Source: Alphaproteobacteria bacterium (GTDB lineage Bacteria > Pseudomonadota > Alphaproteobacteria > Rs-D84). Taken from it: 64,000 bases of DNA. How positions within the stretch are numbered: the stretch's first letter is position 1; each line of letters begins with the position of its first letter. Both the position numbers and the translations under genes were made by a program. Below, piece after piece: positions 1-9,176 of the stretch. Location: assembly GCA_017409215.1 (NCBI GenBank), contig JAFQTD010000015.1:261-64260 (forward strand), given 5' to 3'. The notes beneath the pieces were generated by a model. It searched no databases. It saw only the letters and a list, made by a program, of their open reading frames with translations, and was not told the DNA's origin.

Positions 1-87
1 AAAACTTCGTGTTGCAGGCAAGTTTTGTTAAAAGTTCGGGGTATGGGTGATGGGTGTGGTTGGTTTTGTTTTCTTTGTTTTAACAAT

Positions 88-352
88 TTTTTTGTAAAAA
101 AAAATTGTCATTCCATGGCTTGACCATGGAACCTAGGTTATGCCAATTAAAAAAAAGGAATACACCTGGGTCCTGTGGTCAAGCCACAGGATGACAAGAG
201 CTTAATTTACAATTTTTGTGGGGTCTGAAAAGCCACACTGATGATAAAAGTATGTCCCTGCGGGGCAATGGATACCTGCCTGCGCAGGTATGACGAGAGT
301 GTGAGTGCGGGGTCTGAAAAGCCACAGGATGACAGAGTTTTTTGTAAAAAAC
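88..352. repeat. cluster of short nested palindromic (RPE/MITE-like) repeats
   Basis: Inverted arms TTGTCATTCCATGGCTTGACCATGGAACCTAGG (105-137) and CCTGGGTCCTGTGGTCAAGCCACAGGATGACAAG (165-198); each arm is itself a hairpin. GGGGTCTGAAAAGCCACA is repeated at 220-237 and 309-326. The block is bracketed by TTTTTTGTAAAAAA (87-104 and 338-351). Confidence 0.6.
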
Positions 353-401
353 ACCCCTTTATTATCAATGGGGTGGTTGCGAATTTAAAAACGATGTTTG
401 T

Positions 402-950
402 TTAACGCAATCTTTGAAAGTTTTTATAAATTACGCAATTTATAGACTCACAATAATCCTTGCCTGTAGTATTTATTCTTTTTGAGCGGTTGCATTTTTT
501 GCCCGTTAATTCACAGTATGGTTTTCCATCTTTCATTGTGCGCAATACAACAACAGGTTTGTTTTGCTTTTCTGATTTTACCTCTTCCTGTGCATAGGTT
601 TTATCAACAGCTGGTTTTGTTTTTTCTCGTACCAAATTCATAAAGCAATCGCCCACAAAATCAGTTTTATCAACAGCTGGTTTTGTTTTTTCTCGTACCG
701 CTCTCTCTAGTAGCTCTACTATTTCACTATAGCTCATTTTCGCAAGAGAATACATTTCTTCATCTGTAATATTTATATCAAATTTGTCTTCAAGCGCCAT
801 AACAACACTTACTACGCTCAGGACACCCGCACCCATCGCGTCAAAAAAGCCCATTTTTGTAACATTTTTACACGCTGTAATATAATTAATGTCACACCAT
901 AGCTTGTTGGCTACTACTTGTAAAAAAACCTGTTCCACTTTATTGTTCAT
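402..950 (-). CDS. hypothetical protein with degenerate ACP-like helix region and Cys-rich C-terminus
   Basis: 182-aa ORF. GAGVLSVVSVVMALEDKFDINITDEE resembles the ACP motif [26 protein letters not shown] but lacks the Ser. A 36-37-bp segment is directly repeated with a 66-bp period (598-634 / 664-699), giving REKTKPAVDKT twice. Confidence 0.45.
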   Translation of the reverse strand: MNNKVEQVFLQVVANKLWCDINYITACKNVTKMGFFDAMGAGVLSVVSVVMALEDKFDINITDEEMYSLAKMSYSEIVELLERAVREKTKPAVDKTDFVGDCFMNLVREKTKPAVDKTYAQEEVKSEKQNKPVVVLRTMKDGKPYCELTGKKCNRSKRINTTGKDYCESINCVIYKNFQRLR

Positions 951-1046
951 TAAAAATCCTTTTATATGTTATTTGCATACAAGCATAATACAAACAAAAA
1001 CAACGGCAAGAAAAGCCTCGCTTTTTGGGGCTTTCTTGTTCTGACG

Positions 1047-3125
1047 TTATTCAGCCAGCGAACCAACAGACATTGTTATTCGGCGAATGCCACTGCTGAT
1101 GGATTTTTCCTTGTTTATCTTGGCCTTTAAGATTTCGCCAGTATGATAAACATGTGTGCCACCGCACAATTCACATGAAACATCGCCAGCTGTTATAACC
1201 TTGACCGTATCGCCATATTTTTCGCCAAACAATGCCATTGCACCGCGTGCAGTTGCGTCTTTGATTGACATCTCTTCGTGCAAAACAGGCATATCTGAGG
1301 CAATCCAAGAATTTACCAAATCTTCCACCGCTTGTTTTTCTTCGGCGGTCATTGGACGACCAAACGAAAAGTCAAAGCGAACAGAATCAGGACTGACCTT
1401 GGAACCGCGCTGTTCAACATCTTCGTTCAAGACCGCGCGAAGTGCCGCCTGTAATAAATGTGTCGCGGTGTGGGCACGCGCAGTTTGTTGGCGCATATTT
1501 GCATTAATCACAGGATGTACAATATCGCCAACTTTTATGTCCGCAGTCAATGTACCCTTGTGAATTACTATGTTGTCAACGCGCGCAGCCTCTACCACTG
1601 ACATAACGGTGGCGTCGCCAATTTTTAATTCGCCACTGTCACCAACCTGACCGCCTTGGGTACCGTAAAAGGTTGTACGGTCCAGCGCAATTTCAACTTC
1701 GTCCCCTGCACTGGCAGATTCAACAAATTCACCGTTGCGTAAAATCGATAAAACACGCGATTCCATATCAATTGGCGCGTATTTTGCAGTATCATCTGTG
1801 TCGGCTAAATCCGTCTGGGATTCCCAGAACACACGTGTACCCTTGGTGTTTGCGCGCGAACGTTCTTTTTGTTCAGCCATTGATTTTTCAAAGCCCGCAA
1901 CATCAACGTCTATGTTCTTGTCGCGCAAAATCATTTGGGTCAAATCCAATGGAAAACCGTATGTGTCAAACAACTTGAACGCAATGTCACCAGGCAATAT
2001 ATTATTATTTAGCTTTGGTATTTCATTTTCTAACAATTTCATTCCGTTTTGCAACATATCTGCAAAGGAATTTTCTTCGTTCTGAATAATTTCAACCACA
2101 CGCGCCTGTTCGCGTTCAAGTTCAGGATATGCCGCGCCCATTTCTGTTATTAATGCAGGATACAATTTAGACAACAATGCGCCACGATGCCCCAAAATCT
2201 GACCATGACGCATCGCACGACGCAAAATACGACGAATTACATAGCCCCTGTCTGTGTTCGATGGCAGTACACCATCCGCAATCGCAAAACCAACACTGCG
2301 CAGGTGGTCGGTGATAACTTTGAAACTGGCGACGTTTTCAGCAGTTTCGGCAACACCTGTGATTTCGCTGACCGCGCGTTTCAAATTCATAAATAAATCA
2401 GTGTCATAGTTGTCCAGCTTATTCTGCATAACGGCCGCCCAACGTTCCAGCCCCGCCCCAGTATCAACATTCTGGCGCGGTAATGGTGTTAAATTGCCGT
2501 TGGCATCCCTGTCAAATTGCATAAACACATCATTCCAGATTTCAACATAACGACCACCGTCTTCGTCCGGCGAGCCAGGCAAACCACCAGCCAAATCCGC
2601 ACCCATATCATAGTGCATTTCTGTACATGGACCACATGGCCCAGTTTCCCCAGCAGACCACCAATTGTCTTTGTCGCCCAATAAAATCGCATCCTTGCCG
2701 GCAACCTGCTTCCAGATTTTTACCGCTTCGTCATCGCTGTAATGTGTCGTGACAACAATGCGATTGGGGTCCAGCCCCAGAACCTTGGTCAATAATTCCC
2801 ACGACATTTCAATGGCTTCTTGTTTGAAATAATCGCCAAAAGACCAATTGCCAAGCATTTCAAAAAATGTGTGGTGACGACCATCAAAGCCAACATCTTC
2901 TAAATCATTATGTTTGCCACCGGCGCGTATACACTTTTGAACATCAGCAACACGTGGCGCAAACGCAGGTTCTGTGCCCTGCAATATACCCTTCCATGGG
3001 ACCATACCAGCAACTGTAAACAGTAAACTGGGGTCGTTCGGTATCAAGGACGCAGATGGGACAATCTGGTGACCCTTGGATTTAAAATAGTCTAAAAAAA
3101 CCGTTCTGATTTCATTGTATGTCAT
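1047..3125 (-). CDS. alaS: alanine--tRNA ligase (short form, ends after editing domain)
   Basis: 692-aa ORF. Class II AlaRS N-terminus MTYNEIRTVFLDYFKSKGHQIVPSASL, WSFGDYFK, editing-domain HTATHLL and CGGTHV motifs. Confidence 0.95.
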   Translation of the reverse strand: MTYNEIRTVFLDYFKSKGHQIVPSASLIPNDPSLLFTVAGMVPWKGILQGTEPAFAPRVADVQKCIRAGGKHNDLEDVGFDGRHHTFFEMLGNWSFGDYFKQEAIEMSWELLTKVLGLDPNRIVVTTHYSDDEAVKIWKQVAGKDAILLGDKDNWWSAGETGPCGPCTEMHYDMGADLAGGLPGSPDEDGGRYVEIWNDVFMQFDRDANGNLTPLPRQNVDTGAGLERWAAVMQNKLDNYDTDLFMNLKRAVSEITGVAETAENVASFKVITDHLRSVGFAIADGVLPSNTDRGYVIRRILRRAMRHGQILGHRGALLSKLYPALITEMGAAYPELEREQARVVEIIQNEENSFADMLQNGMKLLENEIPKLNNNILPGDIAFKLFDTYGFPLDLTQMILRDKNIDVDVAGFEKSMAEQKERSRANTKGTRVFWESQTDLADTDDTAKYAPIDMESRVLSILRNGEFVESASAGDEVEIALDRTTFYGTQGGQVGDSGELKIGDATVMSVVEAARVDNIVIHKGTLTADIKVGDIVHPVINANMRQQTARAHTATHLLQAALRAVLNEDVEQRGSKVSPDSVRFDFSFGRPMTAEEKQAVEDLVNSWIASDMPVLHEEMSIKDATARGAMALFGEKYGDTVKVITAGDVSCELCGGTHVYHTGEILKAKINKEKSISSGIRRITMSVGSLAE

Positions 3126-3200
3126 TTATTGTTCCTTTGTTTTGGGGTATTGTATATGCATTCTGTCTTGGTTTCAATCAGATATTTTATATTTATTCGC

Positions 3201-4019
3201 TTAATTTTCTGTGTCGCCACCGGCAGATAATGCAGCGCGAATCGCATCGTCACACCTGGCAATCGCTGCAGAAATCTTTGATTGCGCATCTTTGGTCGGA
3301 CGAACCAGCATTCCGTACTTGGTCAATACATTGTCAATGTCTGTCGCAATATAATTAACAGTGTCCATATATATTGGTGATGCATCTGATACACCGTCGC
3401 GCGCAATAATGTTTAATGCAGACCACATCATCATATCAATCGGTGCCATAAATCCCAAGCCTTCGGTTATATCAGATATCTGCTTGTGTGCGGTTTTAAA
3501 TACCTTGTATAATTCAAATAATTGTGATGTGCGAACCAATGTGCCAGACATACCTAAATGCGGTCGAACCAAAATATTATCTTGCCCATCAATAACAATA
3601 CTGTCTGGATTTTGTATCGCACGAAATACATCAATCAAGCGTGCACGCAATACAATCATATTCTGGATTATCGCAAAGTGATTGTCACGAACGTGCGGAA
3701 TATCAATATTTAATAAAATGTCATCATCGTCGGCAAAAACAAACCATGGGGCCTTAATCCTGTGCTGTTTTACGTATTCTATTATCGCAAGTCTGGAATT
3801 TAACAGCCCGATGTTGTGTTGCGAATTAATTATATGTAATTTGCCCTTGTATCCCATACGACGTATCTGACGCATGGTTATTTTAGTCACAGGATTGTCA
3901 TTGTGAATAATCAATGTAAGTTTACGCCCCAAACGCGACAAACCCGATAGAGATATCATCAGGTTTTCATTATAATATGTGGTTAAACCAACTATAACAC
4001 GCGACTTGGTTGCAAACAT
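3201..4019 (-). CDS. putative glycosyltransferase-like protein (GT-A-like, DDDD motif)
   Basis: 272-aa ORF. N-terminal VIVGLTTYYNE and FVFADDDDILL are reminiscent of family-2 glycosyltransferases. Confidence 0.4.
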   Translation of the reverse strand: MFATKSRVIVGLTTYYNENLMISLSGLSRLGRKLTLIIHNDNPVTKITMRQIRRMGYKGKLHIINSQHNIGLLNSRLAIIEYVKQHRIKAPWFVFADDDDILLNIDIPHVRDNHFAIIQNMIVLRARLIDVFRAIQNPDSIVIDGQDNILVRPHLGMSGTLVRTSQLFELYKVFKTAHKQISDITEGLGFMAPIDMMMWSALNIIARDGVSDASPIYMDTVNYIATDIDNVLTKYGMLVRPTKDAQSKISAAIARCDDAIRAALSAGGDTEN

Positions 4020-4094
4020 AACAGAATATTAAATAAATCTTACAAAAATTGCAATCAGATAGTTATTTGTGATATAATACATCTGATATAAAGG

Positions 4095-4580
4095 ATGGAT
4101 GCGATGAAACCAACAATGATGTATGCTATTATAATGGCGACAACTATCATTTTAATGACGGTCTTTAATATTAATTTGTCACCAACAGAACCAATCGCAT
4201 TGCCTGAGGCTGTACAGGCCGGCACACTGTATGTGTGCCCTGCGGCTGATTCCTTTTGGGATGGGTTGGCCAATGCCATGCAAACATTGCGAAAACCATT
4301 GATTATTGCTTTTTGGTTCTCTTTGATTTTATTGATCTTTATCTGGTTGTGGGCATTGTATCAAAACCTGTTAAAGGACAAATTCGTGCGCGATGCGTAT
4401 AAAAACCCATGGGCATATACGAAAATGCTGTTCTGGACCGTTGTAATCCTTTGCTTGATATTCTATACCCCGAACCATTTCAGAACAGTAAAACTTGAAG
4501 GTACAAACACTAATTGGGTACTGTGCGAAGCTAATACACCAGGGGCAAAAGCTGTAAATGAGGTAAATCTTCATAAATAA
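4095..4580 (+). CDS. membrane protein, unknown function
   Basis: 161-aa ORF with three or more hydrophobic helices. Confidence 0.45.
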   Translation: MDAMKPTMMYAIIMATTIILMTVFNINLSPTEPIALPEAVQAGTLYVCPAADSFWDGLANAMQTLRKPLIIAFWFSLILLIFIWLWALYQNLLKDKFVRDAYKNPWAYTKMLFWTVVILCLIFYTPNHFRTVKLEGTNTNWVLCEANTPGAKAVNEVNLHK

Positions 4581-4716
4581 TAATGCTAAAATCTGCGGTT
4601 TTTTAATTATGTACTTGACTTAAAACGCAGATTTCTCTACGATTCGGGTAAGCAGTACAGGAATTGTCCCTGAAATGCTGGACACCTTAAATAAAATTTA
4701 AGAAAAGGAGAAACAA

Positions 4717-4989
4717 ATGAACAAACAACAATTAATTGAAGCAATCGCAAACGAAGTTGACGTGACAAAAGCAACCGCAGCTGCATGCTTGGACGCTTTC
4801 ATTAACACAGTCACAAAAGTTTTGAAGAAAAAAGCAGAAGTTCGCTTGGTTGGCTTTGGTACATTCACATCTGCAAAACGCAAAGCAACAACAGGCCGTA
4901 ACCCACAAACAGGTGAAGCAATTAAAATTCCTGCTTCTACACAGCCTAAGTTCAAACCAGGTAAAGCATTGAAAGATGCATTGAACTAA
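4717..4989 (+). CDS. hup: HU family DNA-binding protein
   Basis: 90 aa. MNKQQLIEAIA...VRLVGFGTF...RNPQTGEAIKIPA. RBS AAGGAG lies upstream. Confidence 0.95.
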   Translation: MNKQQLIEAIANEVDVTKATAAACLDAFINTVTKVLKKKAEVRLVGFGTFTSAKRKATTGRNPQTGEAIKIPASTQPKFKPGKALKDALN

Positions 4990-5006
4990 ACCGCTTTGTG
5001 CGAATT

Positions 5007-5036
5007 AAAAGCCCTGTAATTACGGGGCTTTTTTTA
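5007..5036 (+). terminator. rho-independent terminator of hup
   Basis: AAAAGCCCTGTAATTACGGGGCTTTTTTT. Confidence 0.8.
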
Positions 5037-5116
5037 TTGCGAAAAATAAATTGGGATATTTTTGAAAAAAGTACTTGCATTTATTTCTGTGATAGTATAT
5101 CATTAGCAACGCTTTA

Positions 5117-5193
5117 GGGGTTGTAGCTCAGCTGGTTAGAGCGTCTGCCTGTCACGCAGAAGGTCGCGGGTTCGAGCCCCGTCAATCCCGCCA
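5117..5193 (+). tRNA. tRNA-Asp (GTC)
   Basis: Cloverleaf: acceptor GGGGTTG/CAATCCC, anticodon loop CTGTCAC, T-loop GGTTCGAGCCC, encoded CCA. Confidence 0.95.
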
Positions 5194-5285
5194 GTATTTA
5201 CCGCAGTTTCCTGCGGTTTTTCTTTTGTTTGTATGTAAAAAACGCACACAGATAAATTGCGTTTGTAGACTATATTTCGTCCGTT

Positions 5286-5651
5286 TTAATACGATGTAAA
5301 ATAAACAGGTAAAACACTGGCGTCTACGCAATAATTATGAATATTTAAAAAAGACGCATCTATGACAACATCTTTGTAAAATTTAACTAAAAATTTACAT
5401 TCGACCTCTGTTCTGTAACCGCTATCCACAGACAGGTATTTGTGGGTTGTATATTCTAGAAACCTATTTTTATCTACTTTATAAGTTGCAGACGGAATAC
5501 CCAGCAGGCTTATAACATCGCTCTCTGTTTGACCAACTAAATTGGCTAAGCGACTTTCTATTATTTTCCAATTATCAGAATACACGTCACTATATGCAAC
5601 CTTATGACAAAAAATAAAAAACATCATAAATGCGCTGATAATTTTTTTCAT
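5286..5651 (-). CDS. small secreted protein, unknown
   Basis: 121 aa with N-terminal signal-like MKKIISAFMMFFIFCHKVAYS. Confidence 0.5.
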   Translation of the reverse strand: MKKIISAFMMFFIFCHKVAYSDVYSDNWKIIESRLANLVGQTESDVISLLGIPSATYKVDKNRFLEYTTHKYLSVDSGYRTEVECKFLVKFYKDVVIDASFLNIHNYCVDASVLPVYFTSY

Positions 5652-5771
5652 ACATTATCCCCTTGTGCGTGACAGTTTTATGTTAGGGAAAAATATCGCA
5701 AATTGCAAATTTTATTTATAAAAAAACAGCACCTGATTTTGGTGCTGTTTCAATGTCAGAGCAATAAATTA

Positions 5772-7124
5772 CTATCTTTGACGTTTTTGCAACATACGTT
5801 TTCTGCGGGCAAGCGCAACAATACCAGCACTAAGCACTAATGCACTTGCACTATATACTATCGCAGTGTTACGCTTTATTTTGTATTTGTGCGTGGCTAC
5901 TTTTAACGCGTCTTTTGCTGCATCTGTTTCATTGAACGATATAGATAAATTTAAATTATTTATCGCTTTTCTAGGCTTTCCCATCGCAGAGTACGCTACA
6001 CCAATGTTGTAATGCGCAGCCCCATACTGCTTGCTGGACACAGAGTACTTTAATGCTTTTTTTCCTGCGTTTAATGCGGTTTTGTAATCGCAATTTTGAT
6101 ACGCAATATAGGAAATATCATTTTGAGTGTCCGCATTTTTACTGTTTTCTTCATTCCTGGTTTCTATGGCTTGCTTTGCGTTATATCTTTTTGTCTCGTC
6201 TTCTGTTTTACGCTTTGTTTTTTTAAGTTTTTTACCAGAAACCTCGTTGTAAATATACTCTGGGACAATATCTTTAACTAATTTACATTCATGACGTATT
6301 TTTACAAATTTTTCAGCGTTTGCGTCCCAAACTCGTGTACTTACAATTCTTTCTTTTTTTGCTATTTCTAGATAGTTATCAATATTTTGAAAATTCCAAC
6401 TATAAAAATTTTTATCCACGTTGCTGACTAATCCTTCCCACGATTCAATATTATAACAACCTTCGGTGCGTAAATCCAACAAGTCAGAAAATTCTATTTC
6501 GCCCTCCATCAACGCAGCAAAAAAATATAGTCTTTTTAATACGCCTTTTTGTTGACGGAAACCCGTCAAATATGGTGTCAATTCAGCGCCTGTTTTTCCC
6601 TTGTTCAACTGCTTCAAATATTCCGATTCTTTGAAACTTTTCCCACCAATGCAATACCTAAACACGCACGTTGTTAACATTGTGTTTTCATCCATTGGCA
6701 CCTTTACGTATTTTTGAATATCTTTTAAAATTTCAATCGTCATATAACGCCCCTTGTAACGGTCAGATTCTGACAAACTTGGTACAGGGGTATCTTTTGT
6801 TACTTTTTTATAGGTTCCGTTTGGTTCATATAAAATAGTAAGCCCATGACCAGTTGTTAAAGTACCGCCACCATCCTTGTATATGTACGGATAGTAATTT
6901 TCAACAAATGCCAACCCGAATTTAATTTTACTGCGCAAACTTTCAAATAGTTCTGTATTGTATTTCTCTACACTACTTTTATCGGTTCCTGTGAGAACTA
7001 ATTCCGTTCTATCATCTTCAGAATCATCTGATTCAGAATCCCTAGTTGAACAACTTGGCGCCCCCATCAGCATACCTGTCATGATGCCACCCCATAATAA
7101 TTTTTTTAACTTTGTCTTTTCCAT
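5772..7124 (-). CDS. lipoprotein with lysozyme-like (GH24-like) domain, TPR segment and C-terminal TM anchor
   Basis: Start chosen at MEKTKLKK (RBS AAGGA), lipobox-like GAPSC. E-x8-YKDGGGTLTTGHG resembles the T4-lysozyme E..D..T motif. TPR-like AAHYNIGVAYSAMGKPRKAI. Hydrophobic tail before RRKRMLQKRQR. Confidence 0.5.
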   Translation of the reverse strand: MEKTKLKKLLWGGIMTGMLMGAPSCSTRDSESDDSEDDRTELVLTGTDKSSVEKYNTELFESLRSKIKFGLAFVENYYPYIYKDGGGTLTTGHGLTILYEPNGTYKKVTKDTPVPSLSESDRYKGRYMTIEILKDIQKYVKVPMDENTMLTTCVFRYCIGGKSFKESEYLKQLNKGKTGAELTPYLTGFRQQKGVLKRLYFFAALMEGEIEFSDLLDLRTEGCYNIESWEGLVSNVDKNFYSWNFQNIDNYLEIAKKERIVSTRVWDANAEKFVKIRHECKLVKDIVPEYIYNEVSGKKLKKTKRKTEDETKRYNAKQAIETRNEENSKNADTQNDISYIAYQNCDYKTALNAGKKALKYSVSSKQYGAAHYNIGVAYSAMGKPRKAINNLNLSISFNETDAAKDALKVATHKYKIKRNTAIVYSASALVLSAGIVALARRKRMLQKRQR

Positions 7125-7286
7125 ATTAAATCCTTTTTGTTCTTTACACCAACACACACATGTATATAGTACTTTTTTTTTAATTGTCAAGTATATTTTC
7201 GGTCGATAGGTGCTTTTTCTTGTTTATTATTCTATTTTTTTGTTTATAATTAACGTTAAGGATTTAATAACTAAAAAGGAGATATT

Positions 7287-7763
7287 ATGAAATTTAAACT
7301 GATTGCAGCAGGAATTTGTGCGTTGGCACTGGGGGCGTGCGGCGACGGCACACAAAACCCAGATGTATTAAAAGGCTTAAACTTTGTTTCCGCGCAACCC
7401 GGTGTTGATATAACCATTTCTTTTGACCCAACAGAAATGCGCGTTTATGGCGGTGTCGTCAACAGATATAATGGCGCATATACCGCAGATGGCGATAATA
7501 TCAAATTCGATGGGTTCGCATCAACTATGATGATGGGCGCGCCAGAGGCAATGGAAACAGAACAAGAATACTTTCAGTTTATGCCAACGGTTGAAAAGTA
7601 TACCCTTGCAGATGGCAAGTTAACTTTAATCGCGAATGATGGCAAAGAAATTATCTTTACCCAGGTTGAAACACTGCCGGAACAACAGAACGAACAGCCC
7701 GCAGAACAACCTGCGGATGCGCCTGCGCCAGCAGAAACCGCGGAACAACAACCTGCGAAATAA
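7287..7763 (+). CDS. META/HslJ-like lipoprotein
   Basis: Lipobox LALGAC. YNGAYTADGDNIKFDGFASTMMMG...EKYTLADGKLTL is typical of META domains. P/Q/E-rich tail. Confidence 0.6.
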   Translation: MKFKLIAAGICALALGACGDGTQNPDVLKGLNFVSAQPGVDITISFDPTEMRVYGGVVNRYNGAYTADGDNIKFDGFASTMMMGAPEAMETEQEYFQFMPTVEKYTLADGKLTLIANDGKEIIFTQVETLPEQQNEQPAEQPADAPAPAETAEQQPAK

Positions 7764-7837
7764 AAAACATCTTATTTACTTGACAACGGGGTCAGAAAAA
7801 AGTATAATTTGCCGGCATTAAAGAATACGGCAGTTTT

Positions 7838-7913
7838 GGCCCCATCGTCTAGAGGCCTAGGACACCGCCCTTTCAAGGCGAGAACACCGGTTCGAATCCG
7901 GTTGGGGCTGCCA
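7838..7913 (+). tRNA. tRNA-Glu (TTC)
   Basis: GGCCCCATCGTCTAGAGGCCTAGGACACCGCCCTTTCAAGGCG...GGTTCGAATCCGGTTGGGGCTGCCA; anticodon loop CTTTCAA. Confidence 0.95.
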
Positions 7914-8075
7914 AAATTACAACCGACCCTTGGGGTCGGTTTTAATTTTGCCTGTTCCCACCGAGACGAGAACCGCAGGTTCGGGGCGCCAGTTGGTGAA
8001 AACAAGTGTTAACGAAGTTTGAACCTTACGTAGCGAAAGGGGCCCATGGAGTGAAAACGGACATGGGAATCAGAC

Positions 8076-8201
8076 AATCCGGTTGGCCCTGCCAAAAATC
8101 AAAAACACCCGTTTGGGTGTTTTTTTGATTAGATTTCTAATAGTTCTGTGAGTTCGTAAGTTGATGGTTAAAAAATGCTACCGTTTCACACATTTACGAA
8201 C
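8076..8201 (+). repeat. cassette-array repeat R0 (tRNA-Glu 3'-end copy + terminator + right arm)
   Basis: AATCCGGTTGGCCCTGCCA (8076-8094) copies the tRNA-Glu 3' end with 2 mismatches. Followed by hairpin AACACCCGTTTGGGTGTT+T7, then TTCTAATAGTTCTGTGAGTTCGTAAG..CACATTTACGAAC. Confidence 0.8.
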
Positions 8202-8207
8202 TGTTTA

Positions 8208-8891
8208 TTATCTTATTTTACACCATTTGTCCAACAATATATTCAAATCATTCATATTGTTGCACACACCAAAAACACCATATTTTTTACATTCTGCTTC
8301 ATACGTTTTCGTATTATTACCCGTTGCACCAATAAATGCGATACAATCCATACCAGCAGCAGTTGCGGCCTTGAAATCATTAACACTGTCGCCAACGACT
8401 ATACAATTTTTTTGTGTATAACCTTTTGTGTTTGACGCTAATAAAAATAAATCTGGTGCAGGTTTGCCTTGTTTTACCATATCAACAGTAAAAAAATCTT
8501 GTTCGGATATATATTTTTTTATCCATTGAAATTGTGTCATTTTCCAAGCATGTTGTTCCTTTGTCGCACCAGTCGCAATACAATGTTCAAAATTATTATT
8601 AGCCATAACTTGTTCGACACCTGGTATAGGTTCCACAAGATTGGTACAAAATTCAAATTCCCGTTCATATATTTTTGCCATAAAATTATCATCAAGATTC
8701 AATCCGGGAATATAATTTTCCACTCTTTCCCGACAGGTTTTGTCCGAAACACCATAAAATAATTTTTGTTTTTCTGCTGGGTTTAATTCTATTTGTTTTT
8801 CAGATTTTAATATCTCATCCCATACCCGAACATGCAAATATTCGCTGTCTGCAATAACACCATCAAAATCCCAAATAAGTAATTTTTTCAT
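8208..8891 (-). CDS. HAD-superfamily hydrolase
   Basis: MKKLLIWDFDGVIADSE (DxDG motif I) and VGDSVNDFKAA (motif IV). Confidence 0.85.
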   Translation of the reverse strand: MKKLLIWDFDGVIADSEYLHVRVWDEILKSEKQIELNPAEKQKLFYGVSDKTCRERVENYIPGLNLDDNFMAKIYEREFEFCTNLVEPIPGVEQVMANNNFEHCIATGATKEQHAWKMTQFQWIKKYISEQDFFTVDMVKQGKPAPDLFLLASNTKGYTQKNCIVVGDSVNDFKAATAAGMDCIAFIGATGNNTKTYEAECKKYGVFGVCNNMNDLNILLDKWCKIR

Positions 8892-8916
8892 TTTTTACCT
8901 TTTTTGCACCTTGATA

Positions 8917-9141
8917 TCATTATAGTACAAATTGGCAAAAATCAAACTTTATTTAAAAACACCTTAATCTCTTTCCCGAACAACAACGAATCACGAATAA
9001 AATCAACTCGTAAATAGCACAGATGGCCCTGCAAAAAATCAAAAACACCCGTTTGGGTGTTTTTTTGATTAGATTTCTAATAGTTCTGTGAGTTCGTAAG
9101 CTGGGTATGAAAAACAGCTCCCTTTTTGCTGACTTGCGAAC
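8917..9141 (+). repeat. cassette-array repeat R1 (full)
   Basis: Left arm ..CTTTCCCGAACAACAACGAATCACGAATAAAAT.., core GATGGCCCTGCA (9022-9033). About 65 bp (9035-9100) appear identical to 8095-8160. Right arm GTTCGTAAGC..CTTGCGAAC. Confidence 0.8.
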
Positions 9142-9176
9142 TTTTTTGTGATATATTTAGATTGAAAGGTTAATAG

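Noticed and set aside
1156-3125. Multiple 60-135-aa ORFs on the + strand inside alaS, and similar antisense ORFs inside cas9, polA, the 937-aa gene, the adhesin (53538-54125), yifB and others.
   Set aside because: They lie antisense to, or out of frame within, long ORFs that have clear family motifs. They have no RBS and low-complexity or odd composition, which is typical of shadow ORFs.
7772-8012. ORFs overlapping tRNA genes (7772-8005, 7809-8012, 39311-39509, 48650-49296).
   Set aside because: They run across tRNA-Glu, tRNA-Ser and tRNA-Leu sequences and their terminators, so they are artefacts of six-frame translation.
7914-8075. Possible two-piece (permuted) alphaproteobacterial tmRNA or a tRNA pseudogene between tRNA-Glu and the first repeat.
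   Set aside because: There is no tRNA-Ala-like acceptor with a G3.U70 pair, no recognisable tag reading frame (ANDNxA..-type) and no complete T-arm. The segment is better explained as a degenerate left arm (..TTCCCACCGAGACGAG..GTTCGG..CCAGTTGGTG) plus filler. It could still be a small RNA; this is untestable here.
8152-8201. Xer/dif-like (pdif module) sites bounding the modules.
   Set aside because: The 8-12-bp arms are separated by ~30 nt, not the 6-8-nt central region of dif sites, and they do not match the XerC/XerD arm consensus beyond a TTCGTA-like word.
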